Below are positions 12,865 through 24,235 of a stretch of DNA of 64,000 nucleotides, one piece after another. How positions within the stretch are numbered: position 1 is the first letter of the stretch; every line of letters starts with the position of its first letter. Where the stretch lies: positions 2,046,001 through 2,110,000 of the forward strand of contig OZ218964.1 of assembly GCA_965112735.1 (NCBI GenBank), written 5' to 3'. Made by a program: the position numbers and the translations under genes. This stretch comes from Phaeosaccion multiseriatum. Its lineage: Eukaryota > Protista > Ochrophyta, other classes. The notes under the pieces are model-generated. The model ran no database searches. It saw only the letters and a program-made list of their open reading frames with translations, and was not told the DNA's origin.

Positions 12865-15619
12865 ATGGCTGGGCCCTCAGGGACCCTGCCTGCAGATGAC
12901 CTCCCAGTCCGTGCTCCCTTCTACGGAGGAGGTGTCAGCTTGAAGGATAAGGCCCGGCCTACTTGTGAGCAGCACGCCGAGGGAGCATTGTCTGAGTCCG
13001 CGCTGCCTCTGGTGTTTACCAGGTGCGGTGGTTCCCTTGGCGCTTCTCTGGCAAAGCTCTCGCTCAGCCAAGGCCTTCTCTGACGTCACTTCGCCATTTC
13101 CCCTCTCAGGGCCGAGAATGTTGACGTGGGGCCTATCAAGAGCCTGCTCACGGGGGAGAGCGGACAGCGGTATTGGAGCGAAGAGGAGCACGGAAAGAGC
13201 AATGTGCAGCTAGTCAGGCCTGCCCACGACCGCTGGGGCATCAAGAAGGTAGGGAAGTATGTGGCTCTGTATGGGCTGCCTCGCTCGCGATGTCTAATAG
13301 ATGGGACTGTTTCCTTTGACACTCTGTGCACAGGCGGTCTTTGTGTTTTGCGACGACAATCTGGAGCAGGTGTACCGCTTCCCCTGGTGGAACGATACGG
13401 CGTGGCAGGAGGCGCTGCGTCCCGTCTTCGAGTCTATTCAAGTGGACCCCCACCGGGTCTGCCGCTGCCTGTTGGCATCTATGCCTCCAGGTGGGAGTCC
13501 CGTGTAGGCCCGTTCGTGGTCTGCTGCTTCTTTGTAGCGCGCAGACCCGCCCCGCCGAAGGTCCCTCGGTTCAGTTCCTCGATACGTCCTTTTGTCCAGA
13601 GCTCTTGATTCAAGATGGCGTTGTCCCTGCTACCCTCCTCTTTCTGCTCTGGTTGGCCTGGACTGGATCAGGCTGCGTCATTCCTGTCCACCACGACACG
13701 GGGCACTGGGTGCAGCACACCCACCGCGTCCATGTGCCCATCATGACCGACAGCGCCAAGGTGTGCTTCCAGGTGGGCGTTGATGAGGAGAACATGCAGA
13801 GGATCTTGTTTGAAGAGGGGAGCGTGATTGAGCTCAACAACCAGGGCAAGCACGCAGTCACCAATGGCTGGGATCAGTTTCGTGTACATCTCATCTTCGA
13901 CTATGTAGATGCGTACCCTTTGGCGATCAAGCAGCTGTCGCCTGGGGAGCGTTTGTTCCAAACTCGAAGGACCATCTTGGCAGAGGTGCGTGGCGTGTCG
14001 GAGCCGTCAGGAGGGAGGGCTTTGGGGGTGAGGCGAACGAAGGAGGCTCAACACCAGCCCTTGCCCCCTCCACTCCGCCTCCCGCTGCTCTGTCTCGCTC
14101 TGTCATTCTTCAGAGCGACCTGCCGGCGCCCAAATTTCCCGCGTTCATCATCCTTGGGGCACAGAAGAGCGGGACCACCTCTCTGTACGAGTACATAAAC
14201 CAGCATCCTCTCGTGGTCAGGGCCAACAGGCGCGAGACGCACTTCTTCGACTGGAGATGGCCCGCGCACCTCGAGCAGCCCGAGGACCAGCTGGCCTTTT
14301 ACAAGAAGTAAGGGAGGACGAGGTCTTTGCCTCTAGTTCTGCTCAACTGTCTACTCCCCTGGCACTCTTATACCTTGCTAACGAAAGGGCATGCTTTTCG
14401 TCTGTGCGCCCGCTGCCCGCCCAGGTTCTTTGACATGGCGCGGCTGAGCGAGCGGGCTTCTCTGGCCACTGGGGAGTCCTCGCCGTCCTACCTCTTGCAC
14501 TCAGACCTTGTCATTCCCCGCCTCAAGGCCCTGTGCCCGGACACGCCGCTCATCGTGACTCTCAGAGACCCGGTCAAGAGGTGAGGACAAAAGAATGAAT
14601 GGCACCATCTTGGCCCTCCCCCCTGCCTCTCTTTCTTGCCCACGCTCCTTCCCGCCCACCCCCTCCCACACACACACACGCAAGCAAGCACTGAGCTTCT
14701 CTGTACCTCTGCCTTGGACCTTCACACAGGGCCTACTCCCACTTCCACATGGCTACGGACCCCAATGGGACCATGGCGCAAAAGAAGATTCGCGGGCAGA
14801 GCGTGTGGAAGGATATGACGTTCGAAGAGGTAAAGAAAGAGCAAACACACGCACCACTTCCACGTAGCTGGCTTTCACCCTGTATGCCCTTCGCGGACCC
14901 CCCCCCCCTCTCTCTTTTCAGGTGGTCAGCCTCGAGTTGTCGGAGCTGCAGGCTGCAGGCATCACCGCCGGCAGCAGCGCGCAGGCCTTCTCGGCCAAGG
15001 TGCTGAAGGGCCTGCCCATGCATCACGGAGGGCACTCCCTGCTCGCCAGAGGCCTGTACGCCTTGCAGCTCGAGCCGTGGCTCGCTGCCTTCCCGAGGGA
15101 GCAGGTGGGTGGCGTCGGGTCTCCGTCCGTCTCTCTTTTCTGTCTCGGTCTCTGTGTGCCTGTCTGTCCGTCGTATGTCTCTCTATCTGTCTGTCGGTCT
15201 TCTCTCTCTCTCTCTCTCTCTTTATGTCTGTCTTATCAGTCTATCTGCCCCTCTGTCCGTTTGTCTGCCTACACACACACACACACCTGACCACCCTCTC
15301 GCCCGCCCGCCGCTCGTTCGTGATCCAGGTGAAGGTTGTGTTTCTGGAGGACATGTCTGGGCCGCTGGCTGTGCAGCAAACTGTGCAGGAGGTGTTTACG
15401 CACATCGGCTGTCTTCCCCCCGCGCGCATCCGCGACGCGACAGCGTCCAACACCCGCGGATACCCGCCCATGCGGCCGGAGACGGCGGACAAGCTGAGGG
15501 CGTTCTATGAGCCCCACAACGAGAGGCTGATGGAGCTGCTGCAGCGCACAGGCGGCCACCCATGGAGAGAAGGCGACAAGACGGCTCCCCAGGGCCAAGG
15601 AGCAAGTGTAGACATGTAA
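12865..15619 (+). CDS. Fusion of an Asp/Asn beta-hydroxylase-like 2OG-Fe(II) dioxygenase and a PAPS-dependent sulfotransferase (about 9 exons)
   Basis: IPVHHDTG (HxD)...HRVHVPI...ELNNQGKHAVTN...RVHLIFD, spliced in frame (13985 to 14114) to FIILGAQKSGTTSLY (5'-PSB), ETHFFDW, GESSPSYL, LRDPVKRAYSH (3'-PB) and LRAFYEPHNERL. Confidence 0.85.
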
Positions 15620-15775
15620 TTAAAGTTATCCCCCCCCCCTTGTGTGCACTACACAAGACAAAACAGCAAATAGTATTCTACTTTGATACGAACGAAGTGT
15701 ATTCAGCAGTCCAGCCGGTACTTGAGAGGAGAGACTGGGCAGAGGTGCCCCAAGCTGGGGAGAGACACGGCCGTA

Positions 15776-17615
15776 TCATGCTGCTTCTTTTTCTTGGAAC
15801 TCATTGTAGGCCTGATTCACGGCCTCGAAGACACGCTGGGAGGGAGACAGAGGCCATAGACGAGGGACCAGGCGCGGCGTAAGAGGAGAGGATATGAGAC
15901 AGACTGCCAGTAATTGCACCCCTCAAGCCCTGCGGTGGCACTGCTCACCTTTGCAATGAAGCGCTTTTCGGAGTCAAGGTCAGCGCACTTGTCCGGATGC
16001 ACTACAAGCATCGCCTTCCGGTAGGCCAGCTTGACCTGTCGGCAGGTGTCGACAGGGAGGCAGAGCAAGGGGAGGGAACAAGGCAAGGCAAGGGAGTATC
16101 AGACTCAAGAGCAAGCAAGGAAGACAGACAGACATCTCTACGGCAGGCAGGCAGGCAGGCAGACAGGCAGACAGGCAGACAGAAGAGGAAGGGGCCTTGT
16201 CTGCTCACCCGGTCCGGCGGGATGAGGTCGGCCATGCTCGTCTCCTTCCACCTGCTGCCCTCGAACAGCACCGTGTGCATGGAGGAAAGGAGGGTGCGCA
16301 CGTTTCGCTTCTGGCCGTGGTCCTCCGCCCACACCAGGAGGCGGGCGTTGTGTTTTGCTTTGGCGGCGTCGAGCTCCACCTGTGATGTGCGTGCGAACAT
16401 GGTGAGCACAACGCGTGAGTAACGCAGACCGAGTGGGAGGAGAGCAGGCCGCCCTTGCCGAGACTCTGCTTCCCTCGCTCTCGCACCTGCTCCCGGTCTG
16501 CCTTCTGGTCGAGGCTCTTTTTGAACGCGACAGCTTTGCTCGTGTCGCTCCTCAGCTTGGCCTCTCTCTCTTCCATCTGCACACGAGACGCACCACACAC
16601 CGAGAACGAGAGAGCGACAGAGAGAGACACACACACGCATAGAGAGAGAAAGACTGAGGAGAGAGTGAGCGCCGATACGCGCATCGAGCACCAGAGTCTC
16701 ATTGGCAGTGGAGAGGGAACACAACACAGGGGGGGGCGCCCCATGCTCGATCGGCACCTTTCGCTTGACAAAGGCGCTCTTGCCGTCCTTGCTGGCCCCG
16801 ATGCTCGTCCCCCTGATCCCACTTGGCGCATCTACTGCAGTTGTGTTCTTGTTGCTGGCAGCCTCAGCGGCGTCGGCGGCAGCGGGAGGGTTTGTGGCGC
16901 CCCAAGAGGGGTGCACGCCGCTGAAGGGGGGGGTGCAACCGGAGACTCGTCAGAAGGAGAATTCGACAGTACACAGGGCACAGGGTACACAACTCACCCT
17001 TCGGCCACCGCGACTGGCGCCGCTGATTTACGACCTGACGGTACAGGGCTGCATGACCGAGCGAGGCGCGAGGGGAAAGAAGCCGGGAGGGGGGGGGTGA
17101 GAGGAGGGCGAGTCCAGGTACCACACAGAGAAGCAGCACGGGACCAGCAGACGCACCTTCCCCCTGTGAAACTGAGCACGCCATGCGCAGGCTTGGCAGC
17201 TGCTTCTGCCCCCGTCGCCTTTGCAGCAGGGGCATCTGCAAAGATCTTCATGGGAGTCGCTAGCGACGGAGAAGCCGCTGCGGCGCCGGACGACGACCCG
17301 TACAAGAACGAGTCCAAGTCATCTGCGGCCTTGGCGTGAGGGGCCGCGGGACCGGAGGATACTGTTTGAGCAAGAGAGAGCGCACGGAAGAGGACGAGAG
17401 GGTGACAGGGTGAGAGGCCCGCAGATGCGCCCATACACCCCCCTCTCCTTCTGTGGCGCCCTACTCACCTGGCCCTGCTGGGGGCTTGGGCAGCAGCCCT
17501 CCACGACTGGCCCTCGCCCCCCCCCCGGCAGAGGGGTTGTGTGAATGCGTGGCCGGCGACGCAGAGCGGGCTCGACTAGGCACTGCTGCAGCCCCGCGCT
17601 CCGTCTGCCTCCGAA

Positions 17616-17658
<43 letters not shown>

Positions 17659-18721
17659 GGGCTGCTGGCTCCCACCCTGCTGTTCCGAGGTGGAGGAAGG
17701 AGGAGGACGGGGAAGAGGAGAGGAATGGAGTGATCTCGATCCCTGGCTGTGCTCCTTCTGCTGCTGTTGTGCTGAATGCGGTTGCGATTGTCGATGTTGC
17801 GCAGGTTTTGGTGCAAATTGTTGTGCTAGCGGCTTGCCGAGGAAGCTCTTGGCTGGCGAAGGCGCGGAGTCCCGAGGGGCGGGCTGCCGTGCATCGCTTC
17901 TAGCACTTCCCACCTTCGCGGCACAAGAGAGATGGAGGAAGGGACATGTGAGATGAGAGCAAGCGACGCAGAGAGACGGCGGCAAGGCACCTCCCGAGCC
18001 AAAAGGCCCTCAGCAGCATGGGCTGCGCTCTGCTCTCTTACCGCGGCAGGAGGCCCGTCGCTTGGCCTGTAGGAGCTCGCTGGCATGTCTGAGATCGCTG
18101 CTTTCCGCCTTAGACGCAGGGGCCTTGGCCGAGGAAGCTGAGGGGAGGGGGGAGGAGACAAGGGGGACGAATGAGGCTCAGAGCTAGCCCACCTACGGCC
18201 CAAGGGCCCGGCCAGCCTCGTCACAGCTGGAGCGACTCACGCTGTCGAGCTGCAGAACCTTGGCGCACACCATGTCGTCGAAGCGAGGCAGGACGGCGTC
18301 GGCCTTGGAAATATCCTGGGAAGAGGCAAACGAGTGGATGTATGGGCATAATAGGCACTGCTCACACCGTCAACGGAGGGCAAGTGAAAGCTGCTGTGCC
18401 CTCTCCCAAACCTTTGTGCCCAATGAGCTGCACGTACCTGCCATGCATACTCTGAGAGCTGGTCCTTGACTCGGAAGCGGAAATGATACCGGCCCTTTCC
18501 TCGCATGGGAAACCATTCCAGAAATTGTCGCAAGCGCACTTCATTGGTGGCTCCCTTCACCTATTGGAGAACGTCCAAACAAAGATTTAAAAACCGCGAA
18601 GCCACCACATACTCGGGGATCTCCTCCATCTTTTCCTCACCTGGAAGGCGTTGGGGTGAGCTTCGCTCTCTCCTTCAAGCCCTTGGAGGAAGTAAAAGAC
18701 CCACACCCCCGATCCCGCCAT
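15776..18721 (-). CDS. N-terminal DIX-like domain plus C-terminal auxilin-type J domain protein (multi-exon)
   Basis: The N-terminus VFYFL...HPNAF|VKGATNEVRLRQFLEWFPMRGKGRYHFRF...AW|QDISKADAVLPRFDDMVCAKVLQL resembles DIX. After a low-complexity linker comes WAEDHGQKRNVRTLLSSMHTVL...VKLAYRKAMLVVHPDK...RVFEAVNQAY (auxilin J domain with HPD). Confidence 0.8.
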
Positions 18722-19427
18722 TCCCACACCTCCAGCCTCCAGCAGCCTCTCGCTGCTCCTGCTGCTCCCGCTGGCGATGCGCCACAAAAAGCTACTCAAA
18801 AGGAGAAGGGAAGGGGGCGGACAGTTTTCTTTTAACTCGCAGGAGGTGAGGTGAGCTGTGCTCAGCAAGAGGCAGGGGGCGGAAGGAAGGCGCCAGTAGG
18901 GGGCCCTCCCCCCATTTACCTGCGTCAGCGAGTCTATGCACCCATATCAAGAAGAGCGGTTGTTCTAACGATTGTGTCTACTATCATAATGGTGGAGTGG
19001 AGTTAAGGCTGTACCGAGGTGGAGAGAGACGATAGAGGACGTGGAGAGAGAGGTGGAGAGAGATGGGGAGAGAGATCGGATTTGCCTAAAAGTAACGTCC
19101 CACGCGAGGGTCGCCAGCCTGTAAACCACCAAACTTGTCTTGCGCGCCTCCATCTCCATCGCCGAGTTGAGTCGTTCTTGTTACGCTCCCCAGGTAGGGG
19201 TGGGCAAGGGGAGTGGAATACGACCCTCAGAGTCTTCGGTAACATTATTTGTTTCTCTCCCCCTTATTTCTTTGAGTGGTTCCTTAGCACATTTTAGCAC
19301 ATTTTAATCGCCTGCCCGCCGCCATTGGTCAGCCGAAGCTGCCTGCCTGCCGGAGAAGCGCTGGTCTGTAAATAGGAGAGGGCGTTGCGTCGCGCCTCCT
19401 CCTCGTGTGCTCCATCCAACCCCATCA

Positions 19428-19542
19428 TCAACCCCTGATACACTATCCGCTATCGCCGGCGCCAGCCGGCGCGCTATCCGCTATCGGCCGGCGGCCGATA
19501 GCGCGCTATCGAGAATGTTGGCGAGAGTGTATCAGGGGTTGA
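19428..19542. mobile_element. 115-bp MITE-like element with 17-bp terminal inverted repeats (TIRs) and a 6-bp TSD
   Basis: TCAACCCCTGATACACT (19428-19444) pairs with AGTGTATCAGGGGTTGA (19526-19542). CCATCA flanks both sides (19422-19427, 19543-19548). Internal CGCTATC/GATAGCG repeats. Confidence 0.7.
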
Positions 19543-19545
19543 CCA

Positions 19546-19837
19546 TCAACCCCGCTCTGTTACCCCTGCCCTCCTCTGAGTGTCCTCGATGGCCTGAATG
19601 CACTCCGTCACACTGGCGCTCCGCTCGAAGGCCCCACACAGCGCTTCGAAGGCCTCCGGATTACTGGTCAAGTAGTTGTGCGCCATCACGGCCCCGAACC
19701 TCACCCTGTCTCGTTGTTGGCGCGCCGAGAAGTTGTTCCCACTCGCCCGCAGAATCTCTTGTAGCTGTGAGAGATCCGCGAAGCCTCCCTGAGGAGTGTT
19801 GTGCACGGCGTGGCAAGTCAATACATTGCGTCATTGT

Positions 19838-19880
<43 letters not shown>

Positions 19881-20974
19881 CTCACCTCGCTCGTTCCGTA
19901 CTCCAGAGTCTCGGCAACAATGCCCCCCATGCTCACGACGGCCAGCCGCATCAGCTGCGCCTCGTCCATGGTGCCGTCGCTGCTGCTGCTGCTGCTAGAG
20001 ACGGGGAAGAACTGTACTGCATTGTTTATCGAGTTGACCGAGTATTCTGATACCGGCAGACCGACCAAGTACCCAACGAGGAAGTGCCCAGCCTCATGGC
20101 GGATTAGCCGCCTTCGCAGTTCCGGGTTTAACTTTCTCGCTGTCAGCACCAACGATCTCTGCAGAAACTCGGGTGCGACGATCCCAGCCCCCAGAAACGC
20201 GAAGGGCAGCAGGAGCAACACGGAGCTCGTGGTGTAGCGAACTAAGTCCGACGCTGGGAGATACTGGGTGACAGCTTCGGCATGGGTGACAATGGGGGGA
20301 AGAGAGGCGGAACAACGCTGTAAATCTCTCATCTCGTCTCAAGAGCCCACGCCGGCCCTTGTCACTGCACCTGTTGAGGACACGAATGAGAAGGCCAACA
20401 GCCCCACGGCGAGCTTCCAGATTGTGTCAATGTCTCTCATTCCGTTCAATCTGATTAGGGGTGTGTTCGCGGCGGCGTGTTAGATAATAAAGCACAGATA
20501 GGCGACAAGAGAGGAGAATTGGGACTGTGGGCCATCTCTGCCTCACCCCAGTTTCTCCGATATGTCTCCACGGAGACCTGTGGCTATGCACATCTCGTTC
20601 AGAGTATACCTGTTTGGTTTTGGAGATGACGCAGCAGCACAGAGGTGAGTGGAGAAGGGGAAAAGGATATCTCTTTTAACTCACCTCTGGTAGAACATGG
20701 TCGTGCTATTGAACAGCTTTACGTGTTGCGCGTCCTTCAACGAGTTTAACACGTCGAGTACCCCGTCCATGTTGGTCTCATCAATATTTCTCTGTAGCTC
20801 TTGCCACTCTGCTCTTGATGCTGCTGGTGCTGCTGCTTCCGCTGCCGAGGATAGCCCTGTTCGGCTGCTGCTGCTGCGCGGAGAGCTCCACGCTCGGCAC
20901 GAGACCGGCGCGAACGCCTGCCCCCCCATTTCACCCAACAGGGCCAAAATGCCGAGAAGCATGAACAAAATCAT
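19546..20974 (-). CDS. Plastid-targeted peptidase M41-like (FtsH protease domain without AAA; VIR3-like) membrane protein, multi-exon
   Basis: Presequence MILFMLLGILALLGEMGGQA|FAP; TM segment; RRRLIRHEAGHFLVGYLVGLP (HExxH); LAVVSMGGIVAETLEYG; GGFADLSQLQ. Confidence 0.82.
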
Positions 20975-21160
20975 GGTCTTTGAGGCGTTGAGGCCTCTGC
21001 CTTCTGCCTCTTTCACAAGAGACGATGATACTGTATATATATACAGAGACGATGACGAGACGACCCGTCGAAGTATTGGCATTCGAATCCAAGGTCACAG
21101 ATGTCAACGTATTGTCTCTTATTTTCGGGGCCCTTGTCCCCTTCTTCAAAGGGGCAGGGG

Positions 21161-22296
21161 ATGGTGGCCCAATGGGCATCCAAGCCTCCAGTGCTGTTGT
21201 TGCTGCTTTTTGTGCTCTCCCTTGGCCCTAGCGCCACAGCTTTTGTGGCACTGGCATCGGCCCGAGGAGGGGGGGCGGCGCGGTCTAGCGGTGTAAGACC
21301 TCTACGAGCTCTCCGGATCCCTTGGGCAGAAGGAACCTCTCAAGGGGCCTTCGTGGAGAGGGTTGCAGAGCAGGGGCAGGAGCGTAGGACGTTGGGGGAA
21401 AGGTTGGGACACTTGTTGGTGGATTGTAGATTGAAGGGTAGGGGTAAGGTGGTCGGGATGGAATGGGACTTGAAGAAGAAGATGCTGAGATTGAAAGGAT
21501 ACCAGGGGCTGGGCAATAGAAGCATTAGGGTCCGGTTTGACAAGTTTGTCCACGAAGATGTGGGCATTTTCGCAGGAGGAGAGGTTGTTCTGTCGCCCCT
21601 TCGTTACCAGCAGCCACAGGAGCAGGAAGAGGATCAACAACAGCAGCCAACAGCAATGAGAGGGAGGAAGAGGCAGAGGAGGCAGCGAGACAGCGGAGGG
21701 GGGCTGTATCTTGCGCAGGTGAACGCTAACGACGTGTCGGGAAAGGCACTTGGGGAGCTGGCGTGCTCTCTCCTCAACTCGATGTTTTCCAAGAGGCTTG
21801 GCAAGTTCTTTGTCAAACAGGTGCGTGGTACTGCAGGGAGCATTGGCACTGAGTGCAAAAGTCCCAACTCTCTTCCTCTCCCTCCTCCCTCTCTCTGCCT
21901 TCTCTCCGTTCCCCATTGTAGCTGCACTTTGAAGGCGACTGTGTGGTGATCAAGGGCCTACTGCAGAACCTCGGCAGGCTGCGTCCTGTGCCCTTCCGCT
22001 ACACCGCGAGAATCAAGAGCCCCGAGCCGCACACGCTCTCTCTCCAGAAGCAGGTGGTGAAGCTGCCCCTGCTTCCTATCCGCTTCCGACCGAGGAATAT
22101 GCTCATTGACCTAGGAGACGACGTCGTGATCAAGAGACTGCAAATTTGCCAAGACCGGCTAACATGCGAAGGGAGCTTCGTGCTTTCGCCTCCCGAGAAG
22201 GAGCACAAAACTGCCTTCAGTAGACGAAATCGGGCGCTTGACTTCAAGCACGACTTTGCCCGGGTGCTATCCTCAACTCTTCGGGCCTTGTTATAA
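21161..22296 (+). CDS. Plastid-targeted DUF2993/LmeA-like protein (intron 21821-21921)
   Basis: Signal ...LLLLLFVLSLGPSATA|F. The C-terminal IDLGDDVVIKRLQICQDRLTCEGSFVLSP resembles the cyanobacterial DUF2993 C-terminus (family call from memory). Confidence 0.6.
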
Positions 22297-22315
22297 GTCG
22301 TGAGTGGTCTTGATA

Positions 22316-22361
22316 TGTACATACATACATACATACAAACAAACATACATACATACATACA

Positions 22362-22395
<34 letters not shown>

Positions 22396-22432
22396 CACAC
22401 ATACATACACACATACATACGTACATACATAC
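22316..22432. repeat. (ATAC)n microsatellite
   Basis: About 29 imperfect ATAC units between two convergent genes. Confidence 0.95.
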
Positions 22433-22599
22433 AGGTAGTTTCAATTTTAATTTAATTTTAAAATGTAAGGAGCCGATGGGCGGTGTTCATTCGTGCTTAC
22501 CTCGCCTTGGACAACGGTACGCTGCTGTGCATCCAGCGGCTGCTACTGGTACTGTATCACCAACTGCTGCTGCTGCTCAAGGGCGCCTGTCCAGGCCGG

Positions 22600-23618
22600 C
22601 TACCCAATCGCTGGGAACTTACAAACAGGGCAGGTTGCGTTCTGCTCCAGCCAGGGGTCTATACACACGTCATGGAACTGATGCAGGCACGGGATAGTGC
22701 GCAGCTTCTCGCCCACCTCGAACAGCTGCAGGCATATGGGGCAGCTCTTCTTGAGCACGTGATGGTCGTCCCCCTGCACCTCGAAAGTGGGCAGGCGCAC
22801 GATCTCGCCCCTGCTCGCCCCGACGTGCGCAGGCGCCACGTTGCTCTGGTCCAGCTCCAGGAGCTCTGCGTAGTCGTCTCCGGTAAAGTCTCCGTCCGTC
22901 AGCAAGAGGCGGATTCTGGGCGCCAAGCGGGGAGAGGGGAGAGACGAAAACCGGATGGAAACTCAGGGAGGGTTGACTTCCTCGCAGCAAAAACTGGCCT
23001 TGTCCAGAGTCTCCCTCGCCACCCCCAACCCCCCCCCCCCCATGCACCCTCACCTCGCCAAGTCGAGGCTGGGATTGAGCCTCATCATGCGCTGCTCCAG
23101 CGCTCTCTGCGTCAAGGGTGCCCTCCGCCGCGCTCCTCCCCCGCGCCTCCCCCCTGACTGCTGCAGGATACGCACCAGGCGCACACAGCTGCCGACCAAA
23201 GTCAGCACTGGCCAGAGAGAGGAAAGGAGTGGTGGGACAAACCTTGTAAGCATAGACCTCCTTCCAGAAATGTGGCTTTCGATCCCACCCAGGCACGAAA
23301 GAATGACTCACCGCAGCATACCCAGCCGATGGACGCTCCACTAATCACCCCTCCGAAGACTATGGTGAAGAGCAGCAGCAGCAGGAAGAAACCGTACATC
23401 AGAAACACAAAGGTGGCCCTCCAGCTGATTTCGCCGGAGTGCACCAGACGCACCAGCTCCCAGATCCGCTGCTGTTGCCCCTGCTGCTCCTGGGCCTCCT
23501 CTGCATCTCTCAATCCTCCGCCTTCCCCGGGACGACCCCTTGCTCGCTCACCAGCCGTGCGCGTTGGAGACCCTCGGCTTCTGCTTCGGCCCTCCTCTAC
23601 GGCGGCTACAGCCGACAT
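22600..23618 (-). CDS. Transmembrane RING-H2 E3 ubiquitin ligase, SDIR1-like (3 exons)
   Basis: Two TM segments, then IRLLLTDGDFTGDDYAELLELD and CPICLQLF...LRTIPCLHQFHDVCIDPWLEQNATCPVCKF. Confidence 0.88.
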
Positions 23619-24235
23619 TACAGGGAGAGAGGGAGAGTCGGAGGGGTTACACCCGCTCCCTCCTCAGAGTTAAGAGGTGACGTGCATACTTGCCCTTCAC
23701 ATCCCTTTCTCTTCTTCCCCACTCCTCTGCGAATCTCCCTGCCTCCCCCCTTTGACAAATTGACGATAAGGAGGATCAAAGCCGCGAGGAAGGAGAGAAG
23801 GGAATGGAAGGGGTCTAAAAGTAAAGTTTCAAATGGAAAGTTGAAAGTTGTGTGTGCGTGCGTGTTGTGAGTCTGTGACCGCGCCAGGTCACAGGTAGCA
23901 GCACACCTGTAAGTATGCACTCCTCGCAGGGCAGGCGAGGCGGAAAGAGACAACGCGAATCATGTCTACTACCCGCCTACTTCATTCATTGGCCTATAGT
24001 GACTCGTTGCACTCTAGGCAATGCCACCGTCTAGGCTGTAGCTAGGCTGCGCCCTAGGCCGGACAATTTTCAAAGATATGCCTAGACGAATCTGGGACCA
24101 ATGCTCTTCCTCGCGCCGGTTTGCTCTTCCTCGCGTCGGCTCCCGGCTAGGTATTCGTCATCCTCCTTCCACCTTTCTTCTCTTCCCACCGTCCGCGTCG
24201 AGGCAACCCAGCAGTCGGAGCGTGGATGGCGCTAA

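Noticed and set aside
23990-24145. Cluster of CTAGGC motifs and a 2 x 20-bp direct repeat
   Set aside because: Too short and irregular to assign as an element or regulatory site.
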